A stretch of DNA of 20,000 bases from an uncultured virus (IMG/VR IMGVR_UViG_3300036719_003654) (lineage: Duplodnaviria > Heunggongvirae > Uroviricota > Caudoviricetes). This document shows, in pieces, positions 7,871-15,313 of this stretch. The stretch is from the IMG/VR virus record IMGVR_UViG_3300036719_003654; one strand, given 5' to 3'. Position numbers and translations under genes: made by a program. Position 1 is the stretch's first letter; each line of letters begins with the position of its first letter. Below the pieces are notes generated by a model. That model saw only the letters and a program-made list of their open reading frames with translations. It ran no database searches and was not told where the DNA came from.

Positions 7871-8604
7871 ACTTTCAAGTCGTGTTCAGTTTGGTCGAGG
7901 ATGCTGGAATAGTCCAGTCCGGTGATGGCGCTGGCCTCGTCAAAGTGGGCCTTCTGCTGCTCCAGGGTGAGCGGGCGCAGGTCAACGCCGGGGTTGGGGT
8001 AGGGCAGTTCTTGGGAGAACGTGATCAACCGGCGCGACTGTTTCTTGACGAAGAGGGTCAGCCCGTTGTCGGAGTGGAGGTCGAGTTGCTGCCAATCTGT
8101 AAGCCCTCCCAACCTGTCGGTCAGTCCGTCCACCAACATGCGGGGACCAACGCAGTTCTCCACGTCATCGAAGGCTATAAAGGAAGCGCCTCGGTTGATC
8201 GCCGTCTTCATCTCGAACAGCGCGGCCTCGTGGCTGTGCCAAGCGTCGATGTAGATAAAATCCACACGCTCCGGCCAGATGCTCAAGTTCTTGGTGTCAC
8301 CGTCATGGAACTCCACCCAATCGCGGACACCGAGATGAGTCAGGTTCTCCTCGGCGTGTTGCTTCGGCGTCTTACCTTCAAGGATGTGTACGTGCTCCAA
8401 TAACGACCAGTTGTCGAGGCAGTGGACGCGGCCTAGGTTGTTCTCTTGGCAGGCTTTCGCCATCCATGCGGCAGACAAGGCCCGGTAAGTGCCACAATCG
8501 ACGATATGCTGCGGCTTCAGACAGCGGGTGAATCCGTGCAGCAGGCGCGGGCTGTCGTAATTCCAAGAGGCGTAAACCTTGTTGATTTCTTCGTAAAAAC
8601 TCAT
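7867..8604 (-). CDS. Class I SAM-dependent methyltransferase (Methyltransf_24-like)
   Basis: IVDCGTYRALS, CLDNW, VDFIYIDAWHSHE, IAFDD motifs. The start at 8604 gives an ATGA overlap. Confidence 0.85.
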   Translation of the reverse strand: MSFYEEINKVYASWNYDSPRLLHGFTRCLKPQHIVDCGTYRALSAAWMAKACQENNLGRVHCLDNWSLLEHVHILEGKTPKQHAEENLTHLGVRDWVEFHDGDTKNLSIWPERVDFIYIDAWHSHEAALFEMKTAINRGASFIAFDDVENCVGPRMLVDGLTDRLGGLTDWQQLDLHSDNGLTLFVKKQSRRLITFSQELPYPNPGVDLRPLTLEQQKAHFDEASAITGLDYSSILDQTEHDLKV

Positions 8605-9380
8605 GCTTTTGGTTGGTGTGAAATCCACATGTCTTTGGTGCATCCCGGCATCAACGCCTCGTAGGTGGCGATGTCCTCGGTGTTCTGTTCAGGCTCCATG
8701 GCTCGATAGTGGTGCGAGTAGTGGTCGATGTAGAGCGACCCGTCAGTCACCCGGATAAACTTTGGCTCGGCCCATGTTGGCGTCCATATCAGGCGCTCGT
8801 GCATCTTCACCTCCGGGTCGTAGCACAGGAAGGGGGTGTTCTTCAATAGCCTGAGTTGCCAGTCGTGCTCCGCGTGCCAGTTCTGGCAGGGGCGGTCCCA
8901 CTCACCGGGAGCACCGAACCAGTGACGGCGGGACACGCAGATGGCGAGAGCTTGCTCTGCCTCGGCATGCCCGATTAAATGCCGCAGCTTCTCACGCTGG
9001 TTGACGTTGCCGCCAGCACCCGTTTGGTTGGAGACGTGCAGATCGGGGGTGAGTGTCTCGGGGAACTTGCCGGTGCCAGTGACGCCGAGGATGGGGGCAA
9101 GCGGCCACACCCGTTCATCCGCGTCCAAGATCATCACCCATTCGCAGGACGAATACCCGATGCAGCGGGTTCGTAATGCTCCGAAGCCCTGGCTCAGGGT
9201 ATCGTGGATGAGCTTGTGACCGGACGCCTCTGCAATGGCAATCGTCTCAGGGTCAGCCGGGGTGCCGTCCATGGGAGAGGATACGAGCACGATCTCGTCG
9301 AACATTCGCTCGGCGGTTTCGATAAAGCCGGGCAGAGCATGGCGCTCGTTGTGGAAATGACAGACTGCGGAGATTCTCAT
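8601..9380 (-). CDS. Glycosyltransferase family 2 (beta-1,4-glucosyltransferase-like GT-A)
   Basis: ISAVCHFHNE...LPGFIE, DEIVLV, GFGALR, EWVMILDADER (DxD), QLRL, MHE, IDHY. Confidence 0.88.
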   Translation of the reverse strand: MRISAVCHFHNERHALPGFIETAERMFDEIVLVSSPMDGTPADPETIAIAEASGHKLIHDTLSQGFGALRTRCIGYSSCEWVMILDADERVWPLAPILGVTGTGKFPETLTPDLHVSNQTGAGGNVNQREKLRHLIGHAEAEQALAICVSRRHWFGAPGEWDRPCQNWHAEHDWQLRLLKNTPFLCYDPEVKMHERLIWTPTWAEPKFIRVTDGSLYIDHYSHHYRAMEPEQNTEDIATYEALMPGCTKDMWISHQPKA

Positions 9381-10012
9381 ACTCGCGTAAATTGGATAAA
9401 CCCGCAGGACTTCGGCACCTCAGAGGAGGCAGGTTTGAGTCCGGGGTAGTGCCATGAACCAGTGATGCACCCTTCGTCTAAGGAGACACTCTCCCTGAAC
9501 AAATCCATCCACATGTCCAGCGGCCATGCGTTGCAGTGTGACGGGTCGGAGTTGTCCTCGTCGCGGAGGTAGGGACCGTCGGGATGGTGAGTCAGCGGGA
9601 CGATGGCGAGTAGGTGCTTCCGGGTGGAGGCGAGCAGTTGTTTGAGCAGAGGACGAAGTTGATCGAGCAGGATGTGCTCTGCCACATCCTTCAGGATGAT
9701 GTGATCAAACCGTTCATCGGGCATCACGTTGGACACATAACCCTTCACCCCTTCGTCGCAGTTCTGGATGGCCCACTCGCTGCTGTCGTATCCGAAAGCG
9801 TTCACCCCGCGCATGCGTAACGCCTTGACGAGGTAGCCTCGGGCGCACCCAAAATCGAGAACCGTGTCGCCGTCCTTAATGTGCAGGACGCGCTTGAGCC
9901 AGTCCGCCATGGGGAGCGTGAGATCGGGCTTCCAACTGTAATCGACGTAGTTTGATTTGCCGGATGTCGGGCCGGTCAGGTAGTACTCGGCGTCGTAAAA
10001 TTCAGATTCCAT
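9377..10012 (-). CDS. Class I SAM-dependent methyltransferase
   Basis: VLDFGCARGYLV, GYDSSEWAI, FDHIILKDVAEHI, DPSH. ATG at 10012 is preferred; a TTG at 10051 overlapping the TerL stop is an alternative. Confidence 0.88.
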   Translation of the reverse strand: MESEFYDAEYYLTGPTSGKSNYVDYSWKPDLTLPMADWLKRVLHIKDGDTVLDFGCARGYLVKALRMRGVNAFGYDSSEWAIQNCDEGVKGYVSNVMPDERFDHIILKDVAEHILLDQLRPLLKQLLASTRKHLLAIVPLTHHPDGPYLRDEDNSDPSHCNAWPLDMWMDLFRESVSLDEGCITGSWHYPGLKPASSEVPKSCGFIQFTRV

Positions 10013-10047
10013 GGGTGCGGCGTTCTTCGTGTTTGATAGGGTGAATG

Positions 10048-12012
10048 TCAATGGAAACTTTGATCAGCCCAGCCCTGATTGGCGCTGAGTGAGGCGGTGA
10101 TCAGGTCCGAGTATTTGCCCCGTCCCTTCGTGTCGGTCACGGCTGCCACCAGATGAGCGTGACGGACGGACATGGGGTTCTTGGGCGCGTTCGACGGCAA
10201 CGCGGTTCGGCGGGCAGCCTTGACCAGCGAAGTCAGCCCATGACGGCGACGGGCGATCTCGATGCAGCCGAAGAAGGCGTCGGCGCGGTCGGGGCTTCTG
10301 CCGTTGGTCCGCTGCTTCATCACCTTCTTGGACTCCACCTCAACTTTCTCCCGGTCCACGAGCTTGTACATTCTCGCACACATCTGGATGCACGTCTCTG
10401 GGTCGAGGCCACGAATCTGTCCGGCCTTGATGAAGTCTTTGCCGACGTACCACAGCTCGGACACCCGGTTGGCGAACCTGTCCTTGCCGGTGCGCGAGTT
10501 GGTGGTGCCCACGGTCTTGTCTGACGGCGCTCCCGCGAAGCTCACCATCTGGAAGCCCCGGCCCATCTTGATCGCCATGAGCGAGGCGAACGGATCACCG
10601 GCCCCTGTGGAGTCGGAGCCTCGGTCTTCCACTTTGACGCCGCGCTTGGCGCACTCGGCATCGTAGAGATTCACCAACTGCTGATTGCGGTCCACCGTCT
10701 TGTTACTGGCATCGACCAAGGCCATGAGGTTGATCGTCTCAACCAGTTCAATACCTTTGACGGTGCGCTGGTGGATGGCTGAGTAGTAGTCGCCCACCCG
10801 ACAAAAACAGGCGTCCGCTTCGTCTCCACCATGGCTGAAGGCCGGGTCGAGGAAAGCAATTGGGGTGGGCGGGGTGAGCCATGTGCTGACTCTGTGCTGG
10901 CTGCCGCTGCTGGTGATCTCGACTTCCGTGTAGATGGCATTGGCGTCTCCATCGGGGGAGAGGAAGCCGCGCACCATGCGGTAGTACTCCGGCGACTTCG
11001 GGCCAAGGTCTCGACGCAGATCCGTGACGGTGCGCAGGCTGAGAATGCCCTTCCACACCTCCCGACCGGCGAGCACGTTGGGAGACTTCTCCCCGTCAAA
11101 TCGAATGCAGTAGCCACGTTTGGTCTTCCACCCGTCGAAGGTTTCGTCGATGGAGTTCCACCCTTCCTCCGGCTCCATGAACACGCCGAGCGGGTCAAAC
11201 GGCGAAGTGGGGTTGCCAATGCCGATGAACTGCAAGTACTCATTGGACTGCAAGTTGGTGATGGCGGTGTTGTAAAGACTGTGGGTGAGCAACGGCAGTT
11301 CGTCCGCGATGAAGATCACACAACGGTTCTTGAAACCGATCTTGGTCGAGGCGTCCTTGTCCTGTCCCTTGCCGCCAGCAACGAGAGTGATGCCTGCGAG
11401 CTGGTTCTGCTTGCCATCAGAATTGACGCGCACGATCTTGCCGAGGGAGGACACCAGCTTGGCCTGCATGTACTGCTCGCCGCCGAAGAACCGGCAAATC
11501 TCCGCCCAGTAGCCCTCGACGACGCCCCAGATACGACCGCGAGACTCGTCCAACGATGTCGAGGTAATGAACACCTTCACATACTCAGGAGATGCCACAG
11601 GGCAGTCGGGAAAACGTGCGCCGATGAGGAAGCGCCCAATGGCGTAGAGGGCGAAAAATTCAGACTTGGAGCAACTGGCGTGCCCCGCGACGGCGAGGAA
11701 GTTGTTGGAGTAGGCTTCTTCCAACATCCGCATGGCGTACGGGTTCCACTCGAAGCGGTAGCGGGGGTTGGTCTCGGGACGATCCAGCATCAACGAGATG
11801 AACCTGCGGAAGTGCCACGTCCACGGGTTGAGCTGGCTGCCCGGCAGATTAACGAAATGCTCGTAGTTGCCCAAGATAAACTTTTCGAGATCCACCTCCT
11901 GCAACAGCTCATACCCGGCGCTCGTCTTGGGCACGCCGGGGAGACGTTTCCACCACCGCCCATAGCGAGCGATGTGGGTGCGTTCCATCTGCTGGGGAGA
12001 GGGTTGGGGCAT
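10048..12012 (-). CDS. terL: Terminase large subunit
   Basis: Walker A-like AVAGHASCSKS, Walker B VIFIADE, coupling motif IGNP, RNase H-like AFLDPAFSHGGDE, and C-terminal SPDRADA. The start at 12012 gives a TGATG overlap with the upstream gene. Confidence 0.88.
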   Translation of the reverse strand: MPQPSPQQMERTHIARYGRWWKRLPGVPKTSAGYELLQEVDLEKFILGNYEHFVNLPGSQLNPWTWHFRRFISLMLDRPETNPRYRFEWNPYAMRMLEEAYSNNFLAVAGHASCSKSEFFALYAIGRFLIGARFPDCPVASPEYVKVFITSTSLDESRGRIWGVVEGYWAEICRFFGGEQYMQAKLVSSLGKIVRVNSDGKQNQLAGITLVAGGKGQDKDASTKIGFKNRCVIFIADELPLLTHSLYNTAITNLQSNEYLQFIGIGNPTSPFDPLGVFMEPEEGWNSIDETFDGWKTKRGYCIRFDGEKSPNVLAGREVWKGILSLRTVTDLRRDLGPKSPEYYRMVRGFLSPDGDANAIYTEVEITSSGSQHRVSTWLTPPTPIAFLDPAFSHGGDEADACFCRVGDYYSAIHQRTVKGIELVETINLMALVDASNKTVDRNQQLVNLYDAECAKRGVKVEDRGSDSTGAGDPFASLMAIKMGRGFQMVSFAGAPSDKTVGTTNSRTGKDRFANRVSELWYVGKDFIKAGQIRGLDPETCIQMCARMYKLVDREKVEVESKKVMKQRTNGRSPDRADAFFGCIEIARRRHGLTSLVKAARRTALPSNAPKNPMSVRHAHLVAAVTDTKGRGKYSDLITASLSANQGWADQSFH

Positions 12013-12557
12013 CAGTCTGTTCGTGGTTTCTTCAGTTGGCCTGCGCATTCGGCATACCCGATGATGTCAACCAGGGTGTCTCGCTTCGTACTCGTCTTGG
12101 CTCGGCTGACTTTCAACAGAATCATCATCTGCGCCACGTCCCACGGGGAGATGTGCGACCCTGTGTAGGCGCTCCACAGTTTCGCGATGCGAGCGAAAGA
12201 GTCGTTCACGTCGCCGTAGTCGGCTGCACGGTCTCCAGCCACAATGGCTGCGGCCTCTTCGGCGAGGGATTGAGGGGCTTTGGGGTCTGTGTCGGGGGAT
12301 ACTACACGGTAAGGCCCGCGCAGGTGCAGGGTTTCGTCGTCGGTTTCGACGTTCGGCACGGCGTACCAAGAGTTGAACTGCTCTGCATGTAGGTGTGCCC
12401 CAATCAGCAGACTGGGTCGCCACTCGTGGGGGCACCCTTCGAGATCGTTTTTCGCATCCCAGACCAACGTGTCCTGTGGCACTGGGTCTGGCACGTCTTT
12501 CCCGAGCATCACTGTGTAACCTTCCGGCGCTTTTGGTCTTTGGTCGTCGTCTTTCAT
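12012..12557 (-). CDS. DUF6378-like domain protein with N-terminal extension
   Basis: EAAAIVAGDRAADYG...FARIAKLWSAY...DVAQMMILLKVSR...DTLVDIIGYA is a common phage domain found near replication and nucleotide genes. Confidence 0.75.
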   Translation of the reverse strand: MKDDDQRPKAPEGYTVMLGKDVPDPVPQDTLVWDAKNDLEGCPHEWRPSLLIGAHLHAEQFNSWYAVPNVETDDETLHLRGPYRVVSPDTDPKAPQSLAEEAAAIVAGDRAADYGDVNDSFARIAKLWSAYTGSHISPWDVAQMMILLKVSRAKTSTKRDTLVDIIGYAECAGQLKKPRTD

Positions 12558-12578
12558 GGTGTTTGTATGGTTAAATGT

Positions 12579-14012
12579 TCATCCCCAAAAATCTTCTTCG
12601 TTGAAATCCGGTTCTTCGGCTGGCTTGACGCTCAAACCGACATCGCGGGAGCTTTCTAGCATCATGAGCGCGGACAAAAGCCTGTCCTCAGTGTCGCGTT
12701 TGTCCTCCAACACGGTAGCGATAGCGTCGTCCACGGTGCCGGGGCACATCAGGCGGTACACGTCCACGTTACACACCTGACCGGGACGTGCCAGACGAGC
12801 GAGCATCTGGGTGTATCGGCGGTGGGAATAGATGAGAGACATCCAGACCATGGTGCTGCCACCCCACTGCATGTTCAGCCCGTGGCTGGCGGAGAAGGGG
12901 GACACAACCAAGATGGGTATCTCTTTGCGGTTCCACTCAGCCAGCATCTTCGTTTGCGCTGCAAGGGTGGTGGCGTCGGCAAAGAACGTGGCGTTGGGGA
13001 ACGCTTCTCGCAACCGGGCCTGCTCGTGCTTGAAGATCGCGGCCACCAGAACCGGCCCTTTGGTCTTCTTGATGATCTTCCTGAGAGCGTCAATCTTGAG
13101 ATCGTGGATGCAGTGGTAGGTGCCGTTTTCGTCGTACACTGCGCCGCTGGTGTATTGCAGTAGCTTGGTCACAAGGGCTGCCGCGCTGGGGGCTGTGATC
13201 GTTACCGAGCTTTTCAGTTCCAACACCAACTCCCGTTCAAACTCCTGATACTTGGAAAGTTGATCCGGTGTCATGTGGACATCCACATCCTGCACCACCG
13301 CGTCCGGCATGTCAGGCATCCACTCAGAAGCTCGCAACGTGATGGTGATGTCACAGATGCGTTTCTCAATCAGTTCCTTCGCCCCGTCGTTGGCGTCCCA
13401 CTTGTATCCCATGTAATCGGCTTTGTGGAAGTAGGTGGACTTGAAGTGCTGGAAGCTGCGGCCCAGTCGTTCTCCACCATCTAGCAGACGGAACTGTGCG
13501 AACAAGTCCACCAGCTTGTCCATAGGAGTACCAGTCATTCCGATGCGTCGTCTCACTTGGGGGGCTTCTCGGCGTAGCAGGGCTATGCGCTTCGAGTCAG
13601 GGGATTTCGCGGAATCAACTTCATCGTACACCACGGTATCGTAGGGCACGGTGCCTCCTCGCTTCTCGATCAACTTCACCAACAGGGGGATGCTGTCGAA
13701 GTTGATTAAATATATGTCTGCCCTACCGGCGATGAAGGCTTGACGACCAAGAGGTGTGCGCAGGTTGGCAACTTTGAAATTCTTGAAATCCGACCACTGT
13801 GAAATTTCAAGAGGCCAGACCAAATTCGCCACACGGAGAGGCGCTATCACCAACATTCCAATGGTGTCGAGCGACGAGTGCCACTCTTTGAAAGCACTAA
13901 GCACCGCCGCCGTCTTCCCGAGACCCATAGAAATGCTGCCATAAACCACGTCATGCGACAGCATGTGGTCGATGAAAGCCTTCTGCGCTGGGCGTGGGGA
14001 GAACTTGCTCAC
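12579..14012 (-). CDS. SNF2-family phage helicase/ATPase
   Basis: MGLGKT, VIAPLRVA, VYDEVD, MTGTP, LLQYTSGAVY, SHGLNMQ, QMLARLARPGQ. GTG at 14012 gives a GTGA overlap. Confidence 0.92.
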   Translation of the reverse strand: MSKFSPRPAQKAFIDHMLSHDVVYGSISMGLGKTAAVLSAFKEWHSSLDTIGMLVIAPLRVANLVWPLEISQWSDFKNFKVANLRTPLGRQAFIAGRADIYLINFDSIPLLVKLIEKRGGTVPYDTVVYDEVDSAKSPDSKRIALLRREAPQVRRRIGMTGTPMDKLVDLFAQFRLLDGGERLGRSFQHFKSTYFHKADYMGYKWDANDGAKELIEKRICDITITLRASEWMPDMPDAVVQDVDVHMTPDQLSKYQEFERELVLELKSSVTITAPSAAALVTKLLQYTSGAVYDENGTYHCIHDLKIDALRKIIKKTKGPVLVAAIFKHEQARLREAFPNATFFADATTLAAQTKMLAEWNRKEIPILVVSPFSASHGLNMQWGGSTMVWMSLIYSHRRYTQMLARLARPGQVCNVDVYRLMCPGTVDDAIATVLEDKRDTEDRLLSALMMLESSRDVGLSVKPAEEPDFNEEDFWG

Positions 14013-14326
14013 GCCCTCCACCCCTCCACCGTGCGATACTCAATAGGACGACCGGCAAGCTGCGCTGCACGAACACCAAACTCCATGCCGCGACTGATGC
14101 CGCAGTCGGTGTACACGACGGTCTTGTCCGCTTTCCACGCCAGTCCTGCCGCGATGCCCATGGCACGGTCGGTCGGGTCTTCGTCGTCAAGGACTTGGGT
14201 GTAGAGCAGGTGGCTCACCATCGGCGCTTCGCCGCGCAACAGCGAGTCGCGCATGGCGGCACGGGCGTAGCGGATATTGCGTTGCAGGTTGCCTGCGTAG
14301 GGCGATTCGAGGATTACGGTGGTCAT
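14009..14326 (-). CDS. Conserved small phage protein (ESPYAG family; nucleoside deoxyribosyltransferase-like fold suspected)
   Basis: MTTVILESPYAGNLQRNIRYARAAMRDSLLRGEAPMVSHLLYTQVLDD...GISRGM. ATG at 14326 lies just after the upstream stop at 14328. Confidence 0.7.
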   Translation of the reverse strand: MTTVILESPYAGNLQRNIRYARAAMRDSLLRGEAPMVSHLLYTQVLDDEDPTDRAMGIAAGLAWKADKTVVYTDCGISRGMEFGVRAAQLAGRPIEYRTVEGWRA

Positions 14327-14327
14327 G

Positions 14328-14774
14328 TCAGAAAGGGTCTCCTTCATTATCTGCTGCGTGCTGTCGTGCGCCGATCTTCGCATCAACGAACCGTTGCCGA
14401 CGTTCCGCGTGCTCTTTCTCCACGTTCTCCGTGCATGTGAGCACCTGGATGTTGTCCTCCTCGTAGCCACGGGTGCTGTCCTTGCGGTCGATGTGCAGAC
14501 AGAATCGCTCCTTACCCTTCTCGTCCATGTAGCAGGTCGGCAGGATGGCGGCTTTGAACTGATCGAAGGTCAAGGTGAAGGCGATCTTGCGCTTGCGAGC
14601 GGATGCCCGGAGGTTGTCGAAGGCACAGTGAACGGGGTTGTTCAAACGCCATTGCTGCTTGGCGTGGGAACCGCAGAGCTGCGTGGAGGTAGGATGGTCG
14701 GACAGGTTGCGCGGCACACCTTTGCACCGGCTGACGGGGCAGCGACCAGGGATTTTGATTTTGCGCAGTTTCAT
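14328..14774 (-). CDS. HNH-like endonuclease with N-terminal Cys/His motif
   Basis: HIDRKDSTRGYEEDNIQVLTCTEN matches the phage IDRxDxxxGYxxxN beta-beta-alpha-Me motif; N-terminal CPVSRC...LCGSH. Confidence 0.7.
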   Translation of the reverse strand: MKLRKIKIPGRCPVSRCKGVPRNLSDHPTSTQLCGSHAKQQWRLNNPVHCAFDNLRASARKRKIAFTLTFDQFKAAILPTCYMDEKGKERFCLHIDRKDSTRGYEEDNIQVLTCTENVEKEHAERRQRFVDAKIGARQHAADNEGDPF

Positions 14775-15079
14775 CCCCAGAACCCCCTAGGGCTTATCAA
14801 GCCATCCACGAAGTCTTTGCCGTCCGACACGTTGTCGCACCAGCCTGTGTTGGCACCCACCTTCGCCAGCAGTTCCATTTCTGCTTCCTGTGCCTTGGTC
14901 GGCTTGCACCCACCGCGCTTGATCTCCAAAAAGCCGACCACCCCGCCCGGCGCAATGATCAGACGGTCAGGCACCGAACGGTTGTTGGGTGAGACGAACT
15001 TGCGGACGTAGCAGCCTTTCAACTTGGCGTAGTCGCAGATTTTTTTCTCGATCTCCTTTTCGAGGGGTGGGGGTTTCAT
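14771..15079 (-). CDS. VRR-NUC domain nuclease
   Basis: LEKEIEKKI...KFVSPNNRSVPDRL...FLEIKRGGCKPTKAQ (PD-(D/E)xK). ATG at 15079 gives an ATGA overlap. Confidence 0.9.
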   Translation of the reverse strand: MKPPPLEKEIEKKICDYAKLKGCYVRKFVSPNNRSVPDRLIIAPGGVVGFLEIKRGGCKPTKAQEAEMELLAKVGANTGWCDNVSDGKDFVDGLISPRGFWG

Positions 15080-15165
15080 AAGTCGTGGTCTCCATAAATT
15101 ACCCAATGGATGGTCAGAAGAACCAATCCAGAGAAGACGAGGATGAAAGGAAGGTGCTCACTCAT
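15076..15165 (-). CDS. 29-aa single-pass membrane peptide
   Basis: MSEHLPFILVFSGLVLLTIHWVIYGDHDL*. ATGA overlaps at both ends and a purine-rich AGGAGAAGGAA upstream. Confidence 0.6.
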   Translation of the reverse strand: MSEHLPFILVFSGLVLLTIHWVIYGDHDL

Positions 15166-15308
15166 TTCCTTCTCCTCTTTTTGATTTTGTTGGCGTGATA
15201 TTGCATCCGGCATGGCGGGCACATTAGAAAGTCGGCTTCGTCTGTGTGCAACTTGAATGTTCTGCCGCACCGACAAATGCGACCTCGGGTGTGTGGTGTT
15301 TCGGACAT
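15162..15308 (-). CDS. 48-aa zinc-ribbon-like basic protein, not in the ORF track
   Basis: Hand translation: MSETPHTRGRICRCGRTFKLHTDEADFLMCPPCRMQYHANKIKKRRRK* (CxC...CxxC). It starts 5 nt after the polymerase stop, and its stop overlaps the next ATG. Confidence 0.65.
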   Translation of the reverse strand: MSETPHTRGRICRCGRTFKLHTDEADFLMCPPCRMQYHANKIKKRRRK

Positions 15309-15313
15309 GGTGG

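Noticed and set aside
7289..10012. Methyltransferases as DNA methylases of a restriction-modification system
   Set aside because: No DPPY/NPPY or PCQ catalytic motif was seen. The motifs fit small-molecule or sugar methyltransferases.
14327..14470. Upstream extension of ORF 14009-14470 and similar extended starts (7310, 8643, 12048, 15106, 15384, 19932)
   Set aside because: Most overlap upstream genes substantially. Downstream starts give clean stop-start coupling or short gaps.
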